From: Klebsormidium nitens
Lineage: Eukaryota > Plantae > Klebsormidiophyceae
Length of the DNA: 64,000 nt
NCBI GenBank assembly: GCA_000708835.1
Contig: DF237321.1
Location: forward strand, 1 to 64,000
Direction of reading: 5' to 3'
The stretch's first letter is position 1. Each line of letters starts with the position of its first letter. Below are positions 50,034 through 60,300 of the stretch, piece after piece. Made by a program: the position numbers and the translations under genes. Below the pieces are notes generated by a model. That model saw nothing but the letters and a program-made list of their open reading frames with translations. It was not told the DNA's origin and searched no databases.

Positions 50034-53000
50034 GTGCCCGCCGCCGTTGCGCCCCCCGCTATCTTTCGACTTTTGCTCGAGCGTTCGCAAGCCCCAATCC
50101 GCAAGCCCCCGGCGAGTCTCAAGCTCGGCCTCCGTTCCCACCACTCAGAAGCCGCCACCCTGCGGAAGCGAATTCAACCCCCGATCACTCCCATAATGGC
50201 AGTGACGGAAACGGCTTCCGGGGTCCTTTGTCGCTGGAAGATACTAGAAGTGAAGCCCCAGGGGGGGGCGATTTGACACCGGAAAAGAGACCCCCGGTGG
50301 CTGCTGTGTTGGCTGAGATGCGCCAGAGGTTGAAGAGAGCCAACGGGAAGCGAGCGGGAACTGCCGGTGCAGCAACGGGGCCTTCAGACGGGCGGGCAGA
50401 GTCGTCTAAGAGGCAAGCTGCTATTATGGATGTTACGAGGAATAGAGAGCGGCCTCATCTCCCCGCTTTCAAGCACGCCCCCCCAATCGCGGTGCTATCT
50501 GCGCAGGCAGCGCAAAGTGCGGTGGAGCCCATTGCGAATGAACTGCTGACGCTTGAAGCGCCTTCCCTCAACACAGAAGTGTACCAAAGCACTCCTTCAG
50601 AAGTAGCGGGCAACGGCCAGTATAAGGCTACAGAACTGCACGACCGGTCTGGGTTTGACGACGAAATTAGCAGTTCCGTCGCCGGAGACTTGCTGTCGTT
50701 TCGTCAAAGTCCCCCCCAGAGCCTTCAAACGCAACCTCCCCGGACCCCTCCTTCGGTGATATCTTCCTGGAGTCTTCCCCCGAGTCTTTTCCCTGGTCAA
50801 AAACCCTCCAAGAATTCTCCAGTTGAGGTGAGGCCAGAAAATCCCGATGCAGCCAGCAGTAGCGCCCCGCCAGACTCCCCAAACGGCCCAACTTCTCTGC
50901 GGAGGTTGCCTCCGATGAAGCTGCGGAGTCGCAGCCTGTTCAGACGGAAAGTGGGACTGGGCGGGGAGCGATCGGAAGACGGAGCCGGTTCGAGTGGTCG
51001 TGCGGACGAGGGCAGCCGTACGTTAAGCGACCGAAGCGCTTCGAGTGGGGAAAACGTTTCTAGAACCGCGGAGCCGAGTAGTGGGGAAACGGGAGGAGTT
51101 GGATGGAGCGCGACTGAGCGGAACGGAAGTAGTCTTGACGAGTCACAAGCAGCGGGAAGAGAAAGGCCCCTCGAGGGCGCGTTGAAAGGAGAACTTGAGG
51201 GGGCCATTCCGCTAACTGAGTGGATGCACGCTGCTAGAGCGTCGGAGCCGCTGCGCACTTCTGCAGATTCTAGGGGGTCACAGCCATTGAGTGTCCTAGA
51301 AAACGCGGAAGAGATTAGTTGTATAGAAAGCGCAGACTTGGATGTACAGAGGCTGTCTTTAGATGCAGACGACGATGCGCTCTTGACAGAGTGGTTAGGA
51401 CCCTCTAACAGGTTTAGCGGAGCTCCGGAGAGCGAAGGGTTAGACCTAGATTCTTCCGGGTCATCAAGCTCTAGTCAGCAAACGGAAATAAGTCAAACGG
51501 AAGTCGAGAACGGCAGCCAGACAGCGGCGGGCATTTTAGAAGCGGAGTTAAGGGGCGGAGGGGGGGAAGCGACGCCCCTAACCGAGTGGTTGACACCGTC
51601 GGGGGACGATACAGCGGTTCTTAGCCTAGACGAATCCCCTGTGTCATCTTCCCAGGCGCCGCTCACAGAATGGCGGCCAGAAACAGGGCGGGACGGAGTT
51701 GGCGGCGCTAGTCGAGCTTCTTCAGAAACGAGATTCCGGCTTCCGATTCCGTTGGTCGAACCAACTTCGAGCGTCCGGACTGGGCAGCGGGCCCAGTTTC
51801 GAAAGTTTTTGCCGAAGGTTTCGGACCGGCTCGCGTTTCGAGGTGAACTGCTTCCGAAAATGTCGCCGACCGTCGAGCAGGCCAATCGGACGTCGGATAA
51901 TGCGAACGGTACAAACGCTTTAGGGCGTTCAGGAGCTTTAGATGATTCAGACAGTTCTGGGCGCTTTTCGGACGGGGCTCAAAGCATCTCAGACGCCTTT
52001 CATAGCAAACCCCAGAGCGGACCCCCTAGCCAATCAAATGGCGCCCCCAGGGGTTCGGACAGCGCCTCAAGCGTTTCGGACGGGCCTCAAAGCTTTTCGG
52101 ACGTTGCTGGTAGCCTTTCGGACGCGTCCCGGAGCCTTTCGGACGGCTCACAAGCAGTATCAGTCGTCTCAAAAAGCCTCTCGGACGCTTTTTCGCTCGC
52201 TTCGGACGGTCCCAAGACCGCGCCGGACGGTCCAAAGAGCGCTTCGGACGGTCCGGACGAGCAGCGGACGCCCGAGTGGTACGCGCTGCGGCGGTGGCGG
52301 CTGACTGCGAGCGCATTCGCGAGCGCGGTCGGGTTCTTCCCGGAGCAGCGGCTGCGACTGTGGGAGGAGAAACTAGAGCTGCGGGAGCCGTTCCGCGGGA
52401 ACCAGGCGACCGTTTGGGGCACAAAACAGGTGGGTTACAGCTTGGGTTAAGGGGTAAAGCAGTTTAGATCCTCTGTTTTGAGTCTCTTCTGAGCAAGTAA
52501 GTTCAGATTCTTGGGATGAGAAATTGGAGTTACGGGAACCATTCTGGGGGAACCAGGCCAGCATCAAACAGGTGGCTTAAGAAATTGAATTACGGGCGTA
52601 AGCAAGTTCTCTGTGCCGAAATTGCTTGTGTAGTTTGAATCGTGGAGCGTTGGCTTTGCGTGTCTCCCTCCAGTAGCCCTGCTATTACCTGGGCAGAATG
52701 GCCTCATCATAACTCAGACGCTTCGTAGTCTCTTGTTCTCTTGTCGTCTGGTGTTTCGTTCGTTGGCCTCAGACACCCGGAACTTTGTGAGACCAGATTA
52801 CTTTGCAGTTCTCAACAGAACAACGAATCACCCAAACTCTGAAACCTCAATGAGCAGACTACTGACGCTGCTTTTTCCACCCTCAGGAAACGCCCGCCCT
52901 CGAGCAATACGCCCGCATCACTGGCAACCAAGTCACCCACCAGTCGTTCCAAGTCTATAAGGATCCCGACGACGTATATACGTGGCTGGGCGCCTCCCCC

Positions 53001-54350
53001 GACGGCCTCATGGCGTATGACTCCGCGGGGCTGGGACAAGGCCCCGGGGTGCTGGAGGTGAAGTGTCCGTTTGGACGGGAGGGGCCGGAGATTGTGCAGC
53101 CGTATCCGAGCGTGCCGTTCTACTACATCCCGCAAGTACAAGGTACGCATAGAGAAACAATCCCCTCCATTGTACTGTACTTGGTTCTTTCCACTCTTGT
53201 CGCTTGGTTGGAAGTGATGGGCGATGTTGGATGTGAAAATTCAGCTTTGGGTTGCCAGTGGTGTTTAGGGACAGATTCTACGAAGTACAGGATACGGTCG
53301 CAGATTGCCTACTCTTAGCGCAATCTTTTACGGACATCCCTTTTACGATGTGATGTAGCGCAGGGCTGCTGGGGATGTCCACCTACTTTCCGTGGTCTCT
53401 CAACTCAGTCGTTCCTGGCCTTGAGTCTAGCGTCTGGGCACTTTGCTCAAAGTTTTTATGGTGTAACTTGCGCAGGGTTGCTTGAGATCTTTGACCGGCA
53501 GTGGGCCGACTTCTTCGTGTGGACGGTCAACGGCAGCGTCGTGTTCCGCGTGGAGCGAGACCCCGCCTATTGGGCGCTGCTCTTCCCCGTGCTCAGCCAT
53601 TTCTGGTGGCAGGTGAGCCCTAAAGAAACTGATCCTACACTTAAGTTGTCATGCTTCTTGTGGTTCTCTTGATTTAGAAGTAGAGTCCAGGTTATGTTTC
53701 AATTGCAGCACTGTGGTGGGCAGGTGGCCGTGAATTTTGTGTGCTCGGTAAGGGCTTACTGTCATCAAAAGAATCATAATGTTGACGGGGATCGGGACGG
53801 GATCCGTGCCCTTTTCGTTGGTTCGTCGTTAACTCCTTCTTCAGTTTTTGAACCGTTGAAATGCCATACGGGATCATTGTGGGGACTTTCCAAGGGACTA
53901 TTGGATCGGCCTAAAGTTTCCCGACTGTTTTGAGTCAGAGCGGCAAAGCGAACGCTTTTACCGGTGCAAAAGAGCAAATAGGATTGGCTTTCACATCTTG
54001 AAGCTTCGCTTGGGGACTCCTTTGTTTGTCGCTGCCACTCCACCCGTTGGTCTGTAGCACGTGGTTCACTGCTAATACTGGAGAATGGTAAACTGCATCA
54101 CATGCAAGGGCTCATCTCAGAGGGTTCCGCTTTCCGCCGCTGATGTTCCGTCCGTTCGCAGCACGTGGTTCCGGCGAAGCACGAGTTGGTCCACGGGCGG
54201 AAGGATCCGGACTACCTCCGGACCAGATTCGAGCCGCAGCCGAAGGACGTCCGCACGGAGCTGATCATTGCGGAGAGCAAGCGGCTGTCCGCAAGGTCAC
54301 CCGCGATCTGGACGGATTCCGGCCGAGTGCGGAACGGAAACTACGGATGA
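50034..54350 (+). CDS. YqaJ-like viral recombinase / lambda-exonuclease-family (PD-(D/E)xK) nuclease with ~750-aa low-complexity N-terminus; start exon upstream of 50034
   Basis: A large exon 50034-52429 is open in one frame and ends QRTPEWYALRRWRLTASAFASAVG...WGTKQ. Then follow ETPALEQY...WLGASPDGL...VLEVKCPF...YYIPQVQ | GLLEIFDRQWADFFVW...FWWQ | HVVPAK...NYG*. The motifs ASPDG, EVKCP and YxxQxQ are typical of YqaJ. Possible upstream exons at 48786-48926 and 49561-49651 join in phase 1. Confidence 0.88.
51961..52260 (+). repeat. Coding ~21-bp minisatellite encoding S-x-S-D-G/A heptads
   Basis: Recurrent tcggacg. Translation: FSDGAQ SISDAFH ... SVSDGPQ SFSDVAG SLSDASR SLSDGSQ ... LASDGPK TAPDGPK SASDGPD. 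Confidence 0.75.
52512..52577 (+). repeat. Intronic echo of the last ~23 codons plus donor of the large YqaJ-gene exon
   Basis: tgggatgagaaattggagttacgggaaccattctgggggaaccaggcc..aaacag|gtgg versus the live tgggaggagaaactagagctgcgggagccgttccgcgggaaccaggcg...aaacag|gtgg (52361-52433). Confidence 0.88.
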
Positions 54351-55582
54351 GCGGAATGTAGAAGCAGGTGTTATTGAATATGCAGGTCATAAGGCGAGTC
54401 TGGGGACCAAAGTCGAGCCAGGTGATACGATCGAAAGGGCAGACGACAGCTTTCACATTGAAAAGTTGAAGAGCTGGATTGATAGATATACAGCACGCAT
54501 GTTCGGCAGATTATGCTCAGCAACAAGATTGGTACTGATTTTCATGACACGTGAGAGACTCAACAAACTAACACAACAACTCATTCGCGTTTTGTTTACG
54601 GTCATCGACCCTGGATGACCACTGCACGAAGCGGGCGCATGATTGAACTTGCCATCCTAGCTGGCTGATGGCAAGTCAGCCTGTCGATATGCTTGTTCGG
54701 TACTACGTCTTTCAATGACTTAGGTCCTACTGCGTGTCGGCGATTAAAGTAGTTCTGTTGAGACTTTGACAGAAAGCCATGACTTCATACAATGGTGCAT
54801 TGATCGACGCAGCTGCGAAGCAGTCATGCGCATTTAAGAGTCAATAGACGAAGTTACACGTCCTTCTGGTCTTCTATGCATCTATTTGGGCGCGCATGTG
54901 CTCCGATCGTCCGTACCGTCGTGCACGTCACCGTGTCGTGTAACTTGACGTCGTTGTTTGCAGTAATGCGCGCACTCAGTCGCTTGCATGCCACAAACCA
55001 CGGCTTGCATGAGAAGTCAACCGGAATACTTCCATATGCATATCGCGCACTCAGAGCGAAAGCGGATTACCATGCAAAGTCAGGACGTGAGTCCAATCTT
55101 GCTGCGCCGCGCAATTGCTGGAATCATGATCTGATTCACCGTGTCACTAACGGCGGCTGATTGATGCCTATATGATCTAGAAGAAGGATCCATATGCATG
55201 GCTGCACTTACATACGAATCGTGTTACTTTACACGTCTACCAAGCTTGGTGGTCAGATCAAATAATCTGTGCACGCAGGCCGCCACAAAAACTGTCTACG
55301 CCTCCAATATAGACAGTACGTAAGCCCATGGAATGCTTGTAATATAGCCCCCAAAGCACAGATTGACTCCCACTAGCCGCAAACACATATATATGGAGGT
55401 CAAGGTCAGTGATGACCTTAATTATGCAGCTTTTTAGATTGTTACAGATCGTTTTAGGAGTCTTTTCCGTCTTGGAAAAAAGCGCTTCAATGGGATTGTT
55501 ACATTCTAAAAGCTCAAAACTAAGCTTGCATCGACCTATGACTGATAGTGGCCTAGCCAACTTTCCTACTCGGTTCCCTAGC

Positions 55583-56241
55583 TCAGCCGCGCCACTCCTT
55601 AATCGCCCGACTGAGACTCTCCACCGGCAGGACGTCCTTCTTCTGGAGCTTCTTGCTCCGTTCGATGGGACACGTGTCGTGCGTTGCCAGCCACTCTTCG
55701 ATGGCCGCTCTCTCGAACGTCTTCCCTGTCTCCACCAGCATGACCGGGTCACTCATGAGCGCCTTGGTTATCGGGCACACAAAAGCGTCCGGGTGGGAGA
55801 GCTTATGGCGCTTTGCCGCCCGGTTTTCCAGGTCTGCCGCGCGCTCCTTCAGCTGAACTTCTCTTTCTTTCAACTGCATCTCCCGCTCCTTGAGCTGTAA
55901 CTCCCTCTCTTTGTACTCCATAAAGTAACTTCCACTCAGCAGATCAGACGGCTTTTCGACCTTGTGCGCAGCCAGGGGGTGGTCGCAAGATGCGCAGATG
56001 CTTTGGACCCCCCCACTGCGGGGAGTTCGCATGGGCAGAACTGCCCGAGCATGTCACAGTGCTCCTCAGGGTGAACGTACCCGCCAGAATCGTTGCCACC
56101 ACTATCCTTCAAGTGCGCCGCGCACATGCAACTGTTTAAGTTCTTTCCAGAGGTGCAGGGACACCTCATCACCTTTTTGCAGACCAGGCCGAATTTCGCG
56201 AAACCCGGGTCCATAACCCACAGAGAGTAACCTCTGTCCAT
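55583..56241 (-). CDS. Small U-box E3 ligase with N-terminal Cys/His cluster and short coiled coil
   Basis: C-terminal U-box PDAFVCPITKALMSDPVMLVETGKTFERAAIEEWLATHDTCPI...AIKEW*. A 65-nt GT-AG intron (56016-56080) joins the two ORF-track frames into CPCTSGKNLNSCMCAAH...ICASCDHPLAAH, followed by (LKERE)n. Start codon uncertain (56241 or 56214). Confidence 0.8.
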
Positions 56242-56299
56242 TTCTCCGGATGCAGGGTGGAACGTGGAGGATCTGAAAGAAACCTGGTCTGCTGACAAG

Positions 56300-57378
56300 G
56301 ATCACGGCTTTGGAACTGCGCGGAAAACGAAGTAGCGAGTCAAGCTGGTTGGGTGATGGAGCAAAAGGCACGCAAGAGGTGACGGATGAGCTGCCAAGGC
56401 ACACGAGTTGAACAAAGCTTTGCTGCAATTGAACTTTAAACACGTGCAGAAACCTTGGACCAGTGACGTTGTGTCCGACTTCAAAGCTTCCAGGTTATTC
56501 TCTTATGGATTCCATCTCGACTGCTTGGAGTGAACATTCAAGATGTCTGCCACTTGAGTTGCTCACACAAACCAATTTACCCTTCCGGGCACATACAGCC
56601 TGTTGTTTTGGCCTTAGCAGATCAAGACTTTGAGTAGTACTGAGACTGCAAGTATGCATAAGGACACAGTAAGATGGCGAACGCAAGCGCTAATCGGTCC
56701 AACAAAGAGAACAAAATTTCCCCAGAATAGCCTGCTGGTTTCCACCGGGATGTCTCGAACATAAACTTGCTTGGCTGATGTAAAAGAATAAAGTGATCAA
56801 AAGTAAGAAGCTGAGGGTCGCGATAGCTTTTGGAGCTTCATCGACAGGGCGCTAACTGTCGGGGCGGGGCCGGGGCGGCCACTGCTGATTGCTTGCCGCC
56901 TGCTTGCTTACCTGCAATATGTGGCTCCCGTGAATCTTGCACTTTGAAGGGCCGCCTGTCCACACATATCAGTATGAGGATGACCTTTGACATACGCTTT
57001 GCTCATGCGCTTTGACGCTTTTCTGAAACGTCAAAGCGGCGCGCGCGGCCGGTGGCCCGCGGGTGCGTTTGTGGCGGCCGGCCGGAAAACCTCGGAAACA
57101 GGGTTTTCGTTCCGTTGACTTTGCTTCCGCCGCGGATCCGTTCGGCGACAGAGATTGTCCTGGCCCCCTGGCCGGCCTGCTCATTTGCAAGCTGCAGCTG
57201 ATTGCGCAGGGCTTCAGTTGCGCCTAAGCCTGTTAGGGCCAGGGTCCGGGCCAGGCGACAGGAAGGGCCGGGCTTTTCCAGTAAATGATCTAGAGCTGCT
57301 TGTGTAGCTGATTGAGCAGGACGTCTTCGGGAGAAGGAGAACTGCACCAAAGATCCTGCGCGCTCCAATCAACCAAAG
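56300..57378. promoter_or_regulatory. Probable bidirectional promoter/5'UTR region of the U-box gene and CASP
   Basis: Head-to-head genes. Very GC-rich palindromic core at 57035-57090 (gcggcgcgcgcggccgg, ggcggccggccgg). Confidence 0.3.
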
Positions 57379-60300
57379 ATGATCGGGCCAGAAGATCAGG
57401 TGCCGAAACCTCCTGAGGAACGGCGGGACGGGAGGAAAGCAGATGCATTCAACAATGCTTCTCCAATTTCGGTTGTCTTGGGGTACTGGAAAGGTATGTG
57501 GCATGATTGAGAACGTGTTGTCAGGGGTGGCAGAATGTCGCCTGTCGTTTCAAAAGGGTTTCCTAAAATCAGCTCACTGGCAGGCAGCCATGATGAGAAA
57601 CTGGAAAAGCTTACACAGCGTACACTAATTGGAGTATTTAGGATTGGGCAACAGAAGCCCCACCGTACATGTAGACTCTGCATATCAGCTTTTGGGGGAC
57701 ATTGGTGTTTCTGTAAGTGTCATCTATTTGTGAATTATGCACGGACATCATTGACTATTTTTGAGGGCCTGCCTCCACAAGAAGTGGTGAGCATCACTGG
57801 TTTTGCACTTGCTCGCTTGGGCCTTGTTAAACGCCCCAGACGATGGAGGTAATCCCAGGCTTCCCTTGGCTCGAAGATCCGCAATGCAAAGAAGGCAGTC
57901 CGAATGAACCAAGAGAATGTCACCACTTCTGATTGCAGAATTTGACCTGGAGAATGCACGGGGCAAACTGGACGAGCAAGGCCTGCGGATTGCAGAGCAC
58001 CAGGAGCAGAGTATGACAAACAGGAGGAAGTTGGCAGAATCCACAAGGGGTAAGTGCTTTGGAAAACGACCTTTGACAAGGTGGTCAATGCCCCATTCTG
58101 TTTACGTTCAACAGAGACAGTGCAGACTACAGTCAACTTCGGCTTGATTGATACATCTTGGGGAAGTGCCAGGGTCCTCGATGCTTCAGGCCTGTTCCTT
58201 TTGGCGGTTGACCTGCTTAGCCAGGTCAGAAGAAAATCATGTTTGGGTTTGCTGACCTAGTCTGCTCCAATCAGGTTGCGATACTGCACTACGTCGAGAT
58301 TTTGAAGCATGTACTCGCTACCTCAGCTTTTGCTTGTCATGTAGGTACGGCCTGATTTGCTGCGATTCATGGGATGTGTTGTCTTTGGCAATTGCAGTTG
58401 GCCCCTGTGTCTCATGGCCAGAACCAGGCCTGCTTTTGCTTTTCCTTGCGGCAGGATCCTAGACAACCTGTAATTCCGCGATAATCACATGTATTAGCGA
58501 TACCCCTTTCCTGCAGATTTCAAGAAGGCCGATACCGAGGAGAAAGTTAAGCTGTTTGGGCCCCTCTTGAAGGCCTATCAGGAGGAGGTGGACAACCTGA
58601 CGAAGCGGGCCAAGTTTGGAGAGAATGCGTTCCTCAATGTCTACCAGAAGCTGTATGAAGCACCAGACCCTGTTTCGTGCTTGGCATCAGCTTCGGTGAG
58701 ACTGGTTGTGCTCAGTCTGGATTTCTGTTACTCAGGAGTATCTTTTTGACTGATTAGTAACCTCTTATATTTCTTGAATTTTGTACTATGGGGGCTGCAA
58801 GTGAAGGATAATTGATGGACTGGGAAAGTGATCTAACTGGTTCTTCCTTCCATTGTATCAAAGGAGGACACAGGACACCATTGTGACCCATCTCGCTTTG
58901 TTGCTATCCAGGTTCAAGGGTTTAGAAACACAAGAAGCAATCGAAGATGAGAAGATCTGATGGGAAGTGTCCAACATTTGAAGCTCACACCTTTACACTG
59001 TACAGGAGACCGCGGCGCGCGTCGCAGAACTAGAGGCGGAGAACCGGCGATTCCGTCAGGAGCTGGAGGAGTACCGAGCAGAGGCGTCCAATCTCAAGAA
59101 CCAGCAGGTACTGCGCGACTTCACGGGCCATGATTGTGGAATAACCTAAAAAGAGGTCGTTGTAGAAGTGGAAAACCATTAGAGTAGCACAAGTGGGATT
59201 CGTAAGTGGTCAGGGTTTCTGAAAAAACCGACATAGTGTGCTTCGGCGTTTGTTTGCTCAGGCAGGATACGTGATTGCAAGATTCCGGCTTCGTTGTACT
59301 CTCCTCAATTGCAAACATTGGATCCCTTACTGCACAATGGGCTGTTCTCAGGTGCACAGTCTTCAGGGGACACGTCTTCGAATTCTGTTCTCGTGATCGT
59401 GTATCCCTGATCCTGTTTCAATCTGCGTTCTCTTCGCGCGCAGGTGACGGTACGGCGGCTGGAGGAGCGCAACCGGCAGCTGGAGCAGCAGATGGAGGAA
59501 AAAGTGCGCGAGATTGTTGAGATGAAGCAACGGTCCCTCGCGGAAGAAAATCAGAAGAGCCTCGAGGTCCTCAAGTCCAGGTGCGTATCTATAAAACGTT
59601 GTGAAGGGTCTTGCGTTATTTTGTTCCTACTCCCCGGTGAGACAACATCGTGACGATGACGCAGGCCTGTTTACGGACAAGAATCAGAAATAAGAGTTTT
59701 GAGGCCCCCAAGTCCACTCGCGTAGATTCTGAATATTGTGAGATTTCTTGTGGTGCTGTGTCGCCGCTTGAGCGGGGAGCAAGCGAAGATGGCTCGAGCA
59801 ATTGAGTGTCTATGGCGAGGGAGCAAAAGAGCTTGGAGGCGCTCGAGTCTAGACCCAGACAACGAAGATGGTCATTTCATCAAGATGGAACCGTCTTGAC
59901 AGGACAAGTATGAGAGTGTCCCACTTTGAGTACTGAGGGAAGTAAGCGATGGTCAAAGCCAACTATTTGAGCCGTTACAAGATTCCGTTCCGCCCTGGAA
60001 TGGGTTCCTGCTCCGCAGGGAAGACCATCTTCGAGAGCAGCTGCAGGCCGCGCACGACCAGCTTTTCAAGATGCAAAAGCTGTACGGTTTCTCGAAAGAA
60101 ATTGCTTCGTTCCGCCGTGAGATTCATTGTGTTCCTTCCGCCCAGCAAGGGTAGCCGTCACAGAACTCCGTTTCGTCCTAAATCTTGATTCGCATCCGTT
60201 TCGCAGGGAAGACCACCTTTAAGAGCAGCTGCGCACTACGCTGAGCGGCATGCAAAAGCTACACGATTACGGGCAGAGCCAGTTCTTCACAATCTTACTT

